DNA of 32,000 nucleotides from Flavobacteriaceae bacterium (GTDB lineage: Bacteria > Bacteroidota > Bacteroidia > Flavobacteriales > Flavobacteriaceae). The DNA lies in NCBI GenBank assembly GCA_965224465.1, contig OZ245049.1:2970001-3002000 (forward strand), read 5' to 3'. The notes below the pieces were generated by a model. The model worked only from the letters and a program-made list of their open reading frames with translations. It had not been told where the DNA came from and ran no database searches. Of the stretch, positions 7,106 through 15,998 are shown one piece after another (the first letter of the stretch is position 1; each line of letters opens with the position of its first letter). The position numbers and the translations under genes were made by a program.

Positions 7106-7624
7106 TCATATAGTAGAAACTCCAGGAAAGTAACCGCGTTTCATCTTATATCTTTTTTTTGAATCGTATTTTTTACTTGGAATAAATTGATAATCAAAAG
7201 CATAGCATTTATTAGACTCTAAATATTTTATTTTCAGAAGCATATCTATATTTAACGAGTTCAGGTTTTCGTAATTTCTAAACTGATGTTCAATACCTGA
7301 ATCACTAATGTGAACTTCTTTTTTGTGCGATAAACTTTTCAAAACCCTACCAATAGTATCTGGTGAATAAACTTTTAAATTTGGAATTTGAAGAAAGTGT
7401 AATTTTAAATGCTTTCCGATATCCTCTGCAGAATCTCCACCAGCTAAAAATAGCATCCAAATTTTTTTTATAATATCAGAATAACTAAATTCAGAATGTA
7501 AAGCTCTCTGACCAAGCTGTTTCTTAACCAAATAAACGAATTCAATATTGTTAAATATTTCGACTATATAATTTATTTCGACGTATGCACTTATGTTTTC
7601 TGTAGTTGTTGTAGTTTTGGACGG
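7106..7624 (-). pseudogene. IS1380-family transposase, N-terminal fragment
   Basis: ...SEFSYSDIIKKIWMLFLAGGDSAEDIGKHLK...YSPDTIGRVLKSL...KRGYFPGVSTI matches my recollection of the IS1380 N-terminal region (YSysD...GGd.lEDi...SpdTi.R.l..L...GY.P). There is no ATG. The frame is open from 7624. The ORF ends 9 nt before the IS4-like end at 7096. Confidence 0.5.
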
Positions 7625-7759
7625 TCAGGGTTTTTACCAAATTTGGTAAAAATAATTAAAAAAGAAAAGTCTTGTAGCTATTGTTTTTACAGGAATTTCC
7701 GATTCTTTTAAAATTAGACCTGCGGAGTTATGGTAATAATTAATAAAAAAACAAAAAGT

Positions 7760-8098
7760 ATGGAACAAAGTAAAATAGACATTTTTGTAGCAACAATGAA
7801 TGATAAATTCCCATCAACAAATATGATGTCAGTTCGTTCACAATTGGAAAAATTAGATGACAGTAAATTTGGATTACTACAATCTTTAAATTACAAAAAT
7901 CCGACAACATTATTAATTGTATCTCTTTTCTTGGGAGGTTTTGGTGTTGACAGGTTTATGCTTGGTCAAACAGGATTAGGTGTTTTTAAATTATTGACTT
8001 GTGGAGGTCTTGGTATTTGGACAATAGTAGATTGGTTTACAATTATGGAAAAGACAAAAGAAATGAATTTCAAACTATTTATGGAAAATGCACATTAA
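7760..8098 (+). CDS. TM2 domain-containing membrane protein
   Basis: [18 protein letters not shown]...[38 protein letters not shown] is the TM2 domain signature. I chose the internal ATG at 7760 rather than 7730 because family members usually start this way. Confidence 0.8.
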   Translation: MEQSKIDIFVATMNDKFPSTNMMSVRSQLEKLDDSKFGLLQSLNYKNPTTLLIVSLFLGGFGVDRFMLGQTGLGVFKLLTCGGLGIWTIVDWFTIMEKTKEMNFKLFMENAH

Positions 8099-8480
8099 TT
8101 ATAAATTGAAATACCTTGGCGTCATCTTGTTGTTGATTTCGGGGTATTTCTTTCTTTATAATTTTTCAGGGGTAATAAAAGGAATTCCTATTTGTATTTT
8201 TAAAAGTGTGACTGGTATTCCTTGTCCTGCTTGTGGCTCGACAAGGGCAACTTTACAGTTATTTCAAGGTAATTTTTGGACTTCAATTTTAATCAATCCT
8301 TTTGGAATTTTGACAAATATATTGATAATTGTTTCTGTTTTTTGGATGATAATTGATGTTATAAAAAAGAAAGAGACATTTTTGCCGTTTTTACATAAAA
8401 ATTGGCATATTAGGATTAAGACTTTTATCCTGTTAATTGTATTAGCTAATTGGTTTTGGAATATACAAAAAGGGCTATAA
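8088..8480 (+). CDS. DUF2752 domain-containing membrane protein
   Basis: The CPACGSTRA motif followed by hydrophobic helices. It overlaps the TM2 gene by 11 nt, and this pair is commonly co-located. Confidence 0.8.
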   Translation: MHINYKLKYLGVILLLISGYFFLYNFSGVIKGIPICIFKSVTGIPCPACGSTRATLQLFQGNFWTSILINPFGILTNILIIVSVFWMIIDVIKKKETFLPFLHKNWHIRIKTFILLIVLANWFWNIQKGL

Positions 8481-8531
8481 CGCTAGAACGTAAAATAAAC
8501 TATTTATATCGGTTCTTTTGGATTGTAATTG
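8479..8531 (+). repeat. MITE-like element, 3' partial copy
   Basis: aacgctagaacgtaaaataaactatttatatcggttcttttggattgtaattg matches the 3' third of the unit. It starts within the stop codon of the DUF2752 gene. Confidence 0.7.
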
Positions 8532-8709
8532 AAGAGTAAATGTATACTTTATTTCTTTAAAAAACGATGATGCCATGCTTCACAGAATGCCGAATAATTC
8601 AATAAATAAAGGGACAATAGGGACTAAAAGCTGTATAGATCCTAATTTAAAAAAGGGATATAGCGTTTTTAACAATAAAGAGGAGTGGATTAAAAAAAGT
8701 GACAGCTAT

Positions 8710-8868
8710 TTAAAACAACTGAGAAGCCTTATTTAATAGTTTTGGAGGTAGTTCTACTGTTTCAATGGTATCCTTTTCAAAAGCATCATGAATGCTGTCT
8801 ACAGCCACAACCACACCAATGGCAAAGATGACTAGAAATAAAATAATTATTTTAAACAAGCGTTTCAT
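8710..8868 (-). CDS. Small membrane-anchored hypothetical protein
   Basis: MKRLFKIIILFLVIFAIGVVVAV... has one N-terminal TM helix. It lies 64 nt downstream of the lipid kinase gene on the same strand. It is short, so uncertain. Confidence 0.4.
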   Translation of the reverse strand: MKRLFKIIILFLVIFAIGVVVAVDSIHDAFEKDTIETVELPPKLLNKASQLF

Positions 8869-8932
8869 AAAGTAGACGTTTATATAAAAGACGCTCAATT
8901 TTAACAAATGTTACATAAAAATTAAGATTTCT

Positions 8933-9856
8933 TTAACTTTTTACAAAAGGAACTATAAATTGAAGGGCTTTTGGACGTATTTCAATGTTAAAACTACCCG
9001 TACCTATCAATTCTCCATCTGCTTGTATATAGGCAATTGACCGATCTAAAACAGTTATTTTTAAGCGGTCAGTTTTATAGTTTTCAACAAAGTCTTTTTC
9101 TACTATTTTTCCGTTAAATAAGTTGGAAAGGTTACTTAATAATTGAAAAAATGTAATATTCTCTACGCTCGATACATCAAATAAACCATCTGTAGGGTTA
9201 GCATGTTGCGTCAGTTGCATTCCACCTGCCGAATATTTACACAATCCTATCAAAAACAACAGCGATGTTTTATAGATGGTTTTTCCGTTAAATTCAATAG
9301 CTAATTTACTTTTTTTATAGCCAACCAAACTCACAATAGCACCCGCTAAATAGGCTAAAAAACCCAGTTTTTTAAATGCATTTACCTTATTCACCACATG
9401 ACCATCCAATCCAATGCCAGCAATGTTGTTAAAGTACACTTCTTGTTGGCTGTTTTCTAATGTAATAAAACCAATATCTTGTAAAATACTATGGCAGTTT
9501 TTTAATACTTGAATTGCATTTTTATACTCCTTTTCTATGCCGTAGGTTTTTATCCAATCGTTCCCTGTTCCGAGGGGAATAATTCCTAATTTTACTTGAG
9601 AAATAGGATATGTACTCGTCATTAAACCGTTTACTACATTATGTAAAGTACCATCTCCTCCTACACAAATAATATGAGTATAGCCAGTTGCAATGGCTTC
9701 TTTTACTAGGATGCTTTCGTGTGATTTATATTCAGAAAATGTAACTTTAAAATCAAATTTTTGATGCTTGAGTTCTTTTTCTATTTCATGCCATTTCTGA
9801 GCAGTTTTACCGTTACCAGCAACAGGGTTTACAATTACAAACCATTGAATCTCCAT
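8933..9856 (-). CDS. Diacylglycerol/lipid kinase family protein (YegS/BmrU type)
   Basis: VNPVAGNGK..., GGDGTLHNVVNGL and PLGTGNDW motifs of the DAGK catalytic domain. Confidence 0.85.
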   Translation of the reverse strand: MEIQWFVIVNPVAGNGKTAQKWHEIEKELKHQKFDFKVTFSEYKSHESILVKEAIATGYTHIICVGGDGTLHNVVNGLMTSTYPISQVKLGIIPLGTGNDWIKTYGIEKEYKNAIQVLKNCHSILQDIGFITLENSQQEVYFNNIAGIGLDGHVVNKVNAFKKLGFLAYLAGAIVSLVGYKKSKLAIEFNGKTIYKTSLLFLIGLCKYSAGGMQLTQHANPTDGLFDVSSVENITFFQLLSNLSNLFNGKIVEKDFVENYKTDRLKITVLDRSIAYIQADGELIGTGSFNIEIRPKALQFIVPFVKS

Positions 9857-10074
9857 TTACATTTTTTTTATGAGCGTCGCAAAATACAATTACTAACTTT
9901 AGATTAACGTATGTTTAAACATTTATTTACAAATGTTACAAAATATGTAAAATGGATACTTTTTATAATTGCCTGATTATATGTTTATTGACTAGTTCTT
10001 GTTTGTAATAAAAAGCACGAAGTATTTATATAAAATTTTAAATGCGTATTTTTACTGTGAATAAGTAAAAAATT

Positions 10075-12291
10075 ATGTCAAGAAAAAATAAAGTATTCAA
10101 GAAAAAAGGAAAAGTAATTAAAGATTTAACAAGAAAAATACTCCGTATATTCAATAATAATCCATCAACATTATATAACTATAAGCAAATTGCTTCAAAA
10201 ATAAAAGTGACGGATACAGACGGCCGCAATCAAATTATTAAAAAACTAGCTGCTTTAAAAAAAGAGGAGAAACTCGAAGAAGCAGATCGTGGTAAGTTTA
10301 AATTAATAGCAGCCACTAAACATGTAATAGGTACTATAGATTTAACCTCTAATGGAAACGCCTATTTGATAAGTGATGAAACAGAAAATGATGTGTACAT
10401 ACCATCTCGTAATTTGAATCATGCATTGGATGGAGATACCGTAAAAGTATATACATATAGCCGTAGAAAAAACAAAAAATTAGAAGGGGATGTGGTAGAA
10501 ATCATAGAACGTTCTAAAGATAAATTTGTAGGAGTTTTACAACTAAATAAAAAGTTTGGTTTTGTAGTCCCAGCAAACTTTAAAATGTATACTGATATAT
10601 TTATCCCAGAAAATAAGCTTTCGACCGCTCAAGATGGAGATAAAGTATTAGTACATATGACAGATTGGCCTCAGAATTCTAAAAATCCGTTTGGTGAAAT
10701 TATAGAAGTTTTAGGAAAACCAGGAGATCATAATACAGAAATTCATTCTATATTGGTTGAATACGATTTACCGTATAAATTTTCAGAAGAAGTAGAAGCG
10801 TTTGCGAATTCCATCTCTTTAGAAATTACCGAAGAAGAAATAGCAAAACGTAGGGATATGCGTAAAGATTTAACCTTTACCATAGATCCAAAAGATGCCA
10901 AGGATTTTGATGATGCCTTGTCGTTTACAGAATTAGAAAATGGAAACTACGAAATAGGAATTCACATTGCAGATGTATCGCATTATGTACAAGAAAACAC
11001 CATTTTAGAAGAAGAGGCTTATGAAAGAGCTACTTCTGTTTATTTGGTGGATAGAGTGGTGCCTATGTTGCCAGAAATGCTCTCCAATGGTGCATGTTCT
11101 TTAAGACCAAACGAAGAAAAATTAACTTTTTCTGCGGTGTTTGAAATAGATAAAAAAGCCCATGTTATCAACCAATGGTTTGGACGTACAGTTACCTATT
11201 CGGATCAGCGTTTTGCCTACGAAGAAGCACAAGCAATTATAGAAAAAAACGAAGAAGGTGCATTTGAAATGCCAGAAGATATTTCTATCACAGATGGCGC
11301 ATATACCGTTTCTCCAGGAATAGTGAAAGCCACCTTAACGCTAGATGTGTTGGCAAAAAAAATGAGAGAACGCCGCCTAAAACAAGGAGCTATTACTTTT
11401 GATAGAGTAGAAGTGAAGTTTAACCTAGATGAAGAAGCAAATCCAATAGGTGTATTCTTTAAAGAAAGCAAGGATGCAAATAAACTGATTGAAGAGTTTA
11501 TGCTATTGGCAAATAAGAAAGTAGCAGAATTTATTGGACGTAAAAAAGGAGGAACACCTACAAAAGACACCTTTATATACCGTGTGCATGATGAGCCAAA
11601 TATAGAAAAATTACAATCTCTACAAACCATTGTAAGTAAATTTGGATACAGTATAAACACTCAGGATAAACAATCTATTTCACAATCTTTGAACAAATTA
11701 TTGAGCGATGTTCATGGAAAAGGAGAAGCCAATATGATTGAAACGTTGGCTGTACGTACCATGAGTAAAGCGGTATATACAACAGAAAATATTGGACATT
11801 ACGGATTGGCATTTGATTATTACAGTCATTTTACATCGCCTATTCGTAGGTATCCAGATGTGATGACGCATCGTTTGTTACAGCATTATTTGGAAGGTGG
11901 AAAATCGCCTAACCCAGCCATTTATGAAGAAAAATGTAAGCATGCATCGGAACGTGAATATTTAGCATCCAGAGCAGAACGTGACTCTATCAAATACATG
12001 CAAATTAAATACATGCAAGATCAAGAAGATAAAGAATTTGAAGGGGTGGTTTCTGGAGTAACTGAGTGGGGTATTTATGTAGAAATTATAGAAAATAAAT
12101 GTGAAGGAATGATCAGAACACGTGATTTAAAAGATGATTTTTATATTTATGATGAGAGCCAGTACGCCATGGTAGGACAATCTACAAAAAAGGTGATTCA
12201 ATTAGGAGACACTATTATTGTAACCGTGAAAAAAACAGATTTAGAACGCAAGCATTTAGATTTTAATATGATTAAAAATTTAGGTAAATAA
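10075..12291 (+). CDS. rnr: Ribonuclease R
   Basis: 738 aa. N-terminal HTH/cold-shock-like region, RNB domain (TIDPKDAKDFDDAL, HYGL...YSHFTSPIRRYPD) and a C-terminal S1 domain (FEGVVSGVTEWGIYVEI). Confidence 0.92.
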   Translation: MSRKNKVFKKKGKVIKDLTRKILRIFNNNPSTLYNYKQIASKIKVTDTDGRNQIIKKLAALKKEEKLEEADRGKFKLIAATKHVIGTIDLTSNGNAYLISDETENDVYIPSRNLNHALDGDTVKVYTYSRRKNKKLEGDVVEIIERSKDKFVGVLQLNKKFGFVVPANFKMYTDIFIPENKLSTAQDGDKVLVHMTDWPQNSKNPFGEIIEVLGKPGDHNTEIHSILVEYDLPYKFSEEVEAFANSISLEITEEEIAKRRDMRKDLTFTIDPKDAKDFDDALSFTELENGNYEIGIHIADVSHYVQENTILEEEAYERATSVYLVDRVVPMLPEMLSNGACSLRPNEEKLTFSAVFEIDKKAHVINQWFGRTVTYSDQRFAYEEAQAIIEKNEEGAFEMPEDISITDGAYTVSPGIVKATLTLDVLAKKMRERRLKQGAITFDRVEVKFNLDEEANPIGVFFKESKDANKLIEEFMLLANKKVAEFIGRKKGGTPTKDTFIYRVHDEPNIEKLQSLQTIVSKFGYSINTQDKQSISQSLNKLLSDVHGKGEANMIETLAVRTMSKAVYTTENIGHYGLAFDYYSHFTSPIRRYPDVMTHRLLQHYLEGGKSPNPAIYEEKCKHASEREYLASRAERDSIKYMQIKYMQDQEDKEFEGVVSGVTEWGIYVEIIENKCEGMIRTRDLKDDFYIYDESQYAMVGQSTKKVIQLGDTIIVTVKKTDLERKHLDFNMIKNLGK

Positions 12292-12324
12292 ATAGTGGAA
12301 TAGTTATTGTAAACTAGCTAATCA

Positions 12325-12354
12325 TTCTGTTTTTTATTTTAATAAAAAACAGAA
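12325..12354 (+). terminator. AT-rich hairpin after rnr
   Basis: ttctgtttttt (12325-12335) pairs with aaaaaacagaa (12344-12354), with an 8-nt loop. Confidence 0.4.
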
Positions 12355-12387
12355 ATAGAAGCTAAAATAATCAATAAATAAAATCAA

Positions 12388-13062
12388 ATGAAAAAACTTA
12401 CTTTTTTATTCTTGTTCGTCAGTACGGTATTGTTTGCACAAGAACCAACGATAAAAAAAATAGGAGATTTTAATACACTTAAAGTGTTTAATGGACTCAC
12501 TATTAATTTAATAGAAGCTGAAAACCCTAGTATTCAATTGTTTGGAGAAAAAGCAGGGAATGTGGTGTATAAAAATGTGAATGGTCTGCTAAAAATTTCT
12601 TTGGATTTTTCTGAAAGCTTTAGTGCAAAAGATGTTTCTGTAACCGTTTATTACACCAATAAATTACATACAATAGATGCCAATGAAGCTTGTTTAGTAC
12701 AATCTTCCGATGTTTTAGAAAGACAAAACATTGAGCTGAGAGTGCAGGAAGGTGCTCATATAGCATTGGAAGTTAAAGCGAAATACTTAACATTAAAAGC
12801 TGTTTCTGGTGGCGTGTTAGAAATTACCGGTACAACAGTTAACCAAAGTGTAGAAGTAACTACGGGAGGTGTTTATGAAGGACTTAATTTAATATCTGTT
12901 CATACCGATGTTACTTGTGGAACAGGTGGACAAGTAGGAATTTATGTTTCTGAAGACCTGGATGCAAAGGTGCGATTTGGCGGCGTTGTAAAATACAAAG
13001 GAAATCCTACGACACTAAAAAAGAATAAATTTTTAGGTGGTAAAATTAAGGTCTATGAATAA
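12388..13062 (+). CDS. DUF2807 / head GIN domain-containing protein (secreted)
   Basis: Signal peptide MKKLTFLFLFVSTVLFAQ. Repetitive beta-rich body: FNTLKVFNGLTINL..., GGVLEITG..., VRFGGVVKYKGNP. Confidence 0.7.
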   Translation: MKKLTFLFLFVSTVLFAQEPTIKKIGDFNTLKVFNGLTINLIEAENPSIQLFGEKAGNVVYKNVNGLLKISLDFSESFSAKDVSVTVYYTNKLHTIDANEACLVQSSDVLERQNIELRVQEGAHIALEVKAKYLTLKAVSGGVLEITGTTVNQSVEVTTGGVYEGLNLISVHTDVTCGTGGQVGIYVSEDLDAKVRFGGVVKYKGNPTTLKKNKFLGGKIKVYE

Positions 13063-13558
13063 TAATTTTAGGACTCTTAACCCTACGATTTTAAAGATAG
13101 AAGATAAAAAACTAATAGGACAGACGCTTAAAATGAGTTTGTTACATAATAAAACCACTGCCTTATGGCGTGGTTTTATGCCTATTAGCCATCTGATAGA
13201 GTATTCTCTTAGCACCGATTTGTTTTCTTTGCAGGTATATCCTTTGGATTATTTCTCTGATTTTTCTCCTAAAAAAGAATTTGTAAAATGGGCGGCCTTG
13301 GAGGTTTCACAAATTGATAATATACCATCAAATATGCAGTCTTTTATACTCGTTGGAGGGATGTATGCTGTATTTGACTATAAAGGGTCTAGTGAAAATA
13401 ATGCAATTTTTGAAGCTATTTTTAGCGATTGGCTTCCAAACTCCGATTATCAATTAGATCATAGACCTCATTTTGAACGGTTAGGTAAAAACTATAAAAA
13501 TAAGGATGAAAATTCTCAAGAACAGATTTGGATTCCAATAAAAAAAACTAAAAATTAA
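13055..13558 (+). CDS. GyrI-like small-molecule-binding domain protein
   Basis: ...KKLIGQTLKMSL...ALWRGFMP...VYP...WAALEV...GGMYAVFDYKG...IF..WLPNSDYQLDHRPHFERLG. ATG at 13055 overlaps the upstream stop and is preferred over GTG at 13037. Confidence 0.7.
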   Translation: MNNNFRTLNPTILKIEDKKLIGQTLKMSLLHNKTTALWRGFMPISHLIEYSLSTDLFSLQVYPLDYFSDFSPKKEFVKWAALEVSQIDNIPSNMQSFILVGGMYAVFDYKGSSENNAIFEAIFSDWLPNSDYQLDHRPHFERLGKNYKNKDENSQEQIWIPIKKTKN

Positions 13559-13566
13559 AAGACCTC

Positions 13567-15240
13567 ATGCGAAACCTCTTTCAGCTATTCCTCTTATTGT
13601 TTACGGTACTATTAACTGCCCAACAGGAACAAAAAGTATATAAAGTTACCTACGATTCTTATGCTAATGGTAAAAAAAAGGACCGTCAGGTTCATTTTTA
13701 TTTTCATAAAGGTATTGTCTATAACTCAAAAAAAACCGATAAAATAAAACAATATACTGATGTAAATAGGCAACAAAATATAAGTACCATCACCTATCAA
13801 AATAAATTGTACAAGAGTGTTGTTGATTTTAAAGATTTGCCAAAACCTACGTTTTCTACAACATCGGATACTATTTTAGGATACCCTTGTAAATATGCTT
13901 CATTCTTTTATTTTTCCAACACCATAGAAGTTTGGTATACCGAAAAAACAATTGCAAAAGGAGCACCCTATAGTGGGTATTTACCAACTGCAGATGCATT
14001 GGTACTGCGAATTTTAATTAATGGCAATAGAGAGTTAAAAGTAAATGCGATAAAAGAAGTTGCGTCTATTAAACCGCTTGAGTTTGTAGACTCAAAGGCT
14101 ATTTCTGTGGATAAAGCAGCTTTTGAAGCACTTAAAATTAACTCAAGATATCATAAAATGATAGTTTTTGATAACGAGCAAATTAATTTTGACCCGTCTA
14201 TCCCTGTTGCAAAAGAGGCTGAATTAGCTATAAATAAAACCTATCATTTTGCAAATGGAACGGTACTTATGAAAAAGATAAAGCTAAGCGATGCTCTTAA
14301 AAACAGTACCGTATTTGTGAAATTATACAGTAGGTCTAATGGAGATGCTTATGATAGAACAGGCTCTGTTTTTATAATTCCAGGAAGTCAGGAACGTTCT
14401 ATTTTAAATGGATTTCAGTACGGATTGGACAAGTTGCCTGTGTACACGGATGCTAAAGAAAACAAGTATCAAGGGATTTTGAAAACGGATAATTACGCGC
14501 CTTCTATAGAATTAATGCGATTTTTCACTGCCTTTGGGACGCATTATTTCAATGATAAAAGACAAATTAAAAACTACGATTGGGCAGAAAATGTGTTGTA
14601 CGAACAAGAGGTTACTAAATTAATTCCATCCGATGAAAAAGAAATTTGGATCGGTGTTTTTATTGGTAATTATGATAAGGGAGGTCACAAAGTGAGTTTG
14701 GAATTGAATTTTTATCCAAGCATGTCTGTAGATAAAAAGCCAGTTCATAAATACATCAATTCGTTGTTTTCTACAGTGAATAGGATGGAAGCAAATGGAC
14801 AAAATTATGGACGCTTATTTAAAAATGATACACTGAGAGTAGATTTTGAAATCACAAAAAGCATCCGAGATTTACAATTAATTTATACCACTACAGGTCA
14901 TGGTGGCTGGGATGATGGAGATGAATATATGCCGAGGATGAATCGTGTACGAGTAGATGGAAAACAAGTATTTTCTATTGTGCCTTGGCGATCGGACTGT
15001 GCTACGTATCGTTTGTCGAACCCTGCTTCTGGGAATTTCGGAAACGGATTGTCTTCCAGTGATTATAGCCGATCTAACTGGTGTCCAGGAACTTTAACCA
15101 CGCCGTATTATATTCCTTTAGATAAACTGAAAATAGGAAAACACACCATGGAAATTATTATAGAGCAAGGAAATGATGGAGGAACAAGTTTTAGTCATTG
15201 GGGAGTTACAGGTGTTTTAACAGGTTCTATAATAGAGTAA
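13567..15240 (+). CDS. Secreted GLPGLI-like N-terminal domain fused to a PNGase F-like domain
   Basis: Signal peptide. The N-terminal ~170 aa resemble the GLPGLI family (ILGYPCKYA...VWYTEKI..GAPY). The C-terminus TGHGGWDDGDEY...DCATYRLSNPASGNFG...SNWCPGT resembles the PNGase F C-terminal domain (GWGH...C..NP...GNW...GWCPG). Confidence 0.65.
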   Translation: MRNLFQLFLLLFTVLLTAQQEQKVYKVTYDSYANGKKKDRQVHFYFHKGIVYNSKKTDKIKQYTDVNRQQNISTITYQNKLYKSVVDFKDLPKPTFSTTSDTILGYPCKYASFFYFSNTIEVWYTEKTIAKGAPYSGYLPTADALVLRILINGNRELKVNAIKEVASIKPLEFVDSKAISVDKAAFEALKINSRYHKMIVFDNEQINFDPSIPVAKEAELAINKTYHFANGTVLMKKIKLSDALKNSTVFVKLYSRSNGDAYDRTGSVFIIPGSQERSILNGFQYGLDKLPVYTDAKENKYQGILKTDNYAPSIELMRFFTAFGTHYFNDKRQIKNYDWAENVLYEQEVTKLIPSDEKEIWIGVFIGNYDKGGHKVSLELNFYPSMSVDKKPVHKYINSLFSTVNRMEANGQNYGRLFKNDTLRVDFEITKSIRDLQLIYTTTGHGGWDDGDEYMPRMNRVRVDGKQVFSIVPWRSDCATYRLSNPASGNFGNGLSSSDYSRSNWCPGTLTTPYYIPLDKLKIGKHTMEIIIEQGNDGGTSFSHWGVTGVLTGSIIE

Positions 15241-15321
15241 ATTACCTATAATCAAAGAAATATTACTGGTAATCTTATGTTAAGGAGGCTATTATTATTA
15301 GTGACATATTGATTTTATTAC

Positions 15322-15329
15322 TATCTTTG
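15322..15329 (+). promoter_or_regulatory. Bacteroidota -7 box (TAnnTTTG) upstream of tatA
   Basis: tatctttg lies 21 nt upstream of the ATG at 15351. No well-spaced -33 TTG was seen. Confidence 0.4.
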
Positions 15330-15350
15330 TTGCCTAAATAAGAAATAAAA

Positions 15351-15554
15351 ATGAATACACTTACTATATTTTTAGCATTACCAGGACCTTTATCAATGGC
15401 ATTAATTGCTGGTGCTATAATTTTATTATTTGGAGGAAGAAAAATTCCGGAACTAATGAAAGGAATTGGTGGGGGTATTAAGGAGTTCAAAAAAGCAACT
15501 CAGGACGATGATGAAGAGCAAAAGGAAGATGTTAAAAAAGTAGATAAAAAATAA
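15351..15554 (+). CDS. tatA: Twin-arginine translocase subunit TatA/E
   Basis: ...ALIAGAIILLFGGRKIPELMKGIGGGIKEFKKA followed by an acidic tail. Confidence 0.9.
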   Translation: MNTLTIFLALPGPLSMALIAGAIILLFGGRKIPELMKGIGGGIKEFKKATQDDDEEQKEDVKKVDKK

Positions 15555-15571
15555 GAATTTTTCAATCATAT

Positions 15572-15607
15572 AAAAAAGCCTATTTCAATTTAGAAATAGG
15601 CTTTTCT
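15572..15607 (+). terminator. Intrinsic terminator of tatA
   Basis: aagcctatttc / gaaataggctt form an 11-bp stem with a 6-nt loop, followed by ttc tta t. Confidence 0.7.
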
Positions 15608-15613
15608 TATGTA

Positions 15614-15659
15614 ATACCAAGTACATTTCCAAGTGATGGTTTAGAAATGCATTTGGTAT
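15614..15659 (+). repeat. MITE-like element, miniature copy (5' arm plus opposing terminal repeat)
   Basis: ataccaagtacatttccaagtgatggtttagaaatgcatttggtat. Termini ataccaagtacat and atgcatttggtat are inverted repeats. Confidence 0.65.
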
Positions 15660-15671
15660 TTAAAGCTTCCT

Positions 15672-15992
15672 TTATAGTTTTACAGTGGTTCCTCAAGCAG
15701 CTACCATCAGCATAGTTCCTCCGTTTGGACCTACGGTTTCTTAGTCTAAATCTATACCAATAATGGCATCAGCTCCCATGCGTTGGGCTTGTTCTTCCAT
15801 TTCTTTTAATGCGGTATCTTTTGCTTCTCGCAATACTTTTTCATAAGATCCATAGCTACCTCGTACGATATCGCGAATACCTGCAAAAAAATCTTTAATA
15901 AAATTGGCCCCTATAATGGTTTCTCCAGTTACAATCCCCATGTATTGAGTCACTTTTTGATTGTCTAGACTTGATGTGGTGGATAAAATCAG
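15672..15992 (-). pseudogene. YbjQ/UPF0145-family protein with two in-frame stops and no ATG
   Basis: Minus-strand frame reads (L)ILSTTSSLDNQKVTQYMGIVTGETIIGANFIKDFFAGIRDIVRGSYGSYEKVLREAKDTALKEMEEQAQRMGADAIIGIDLD*ETVGPNGGTMLMVAA*GTTVKL*. TAA is at 15741-15743 and TGA at 15693-15695. Family members normally read ...DYE..G...MLMV.A.GTAV. Confidence 0.7.
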
Positions 15993-15998
15993 TAGTAC

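Noticed and set aside
8575-8736. Unlisted 53-codon plus-strand ORF (MLHRMPNNSINKGTIGTKSCIDPNLKKGYSVFNNKEEWIKKSDSYLKQLRSLI)
   Set aside because: It is below the size cutoff, has no recognisable motif, and overlaps the 3' end of the minus-strand small membrane ORF. It could be a gene remnant, but I cannot support it.
11217-11660. 147-aa minus-strand ORF
   Set aside because: It is antisense within the RNB domain region of rnr and has no motifs. It is a typical shadow ORF.
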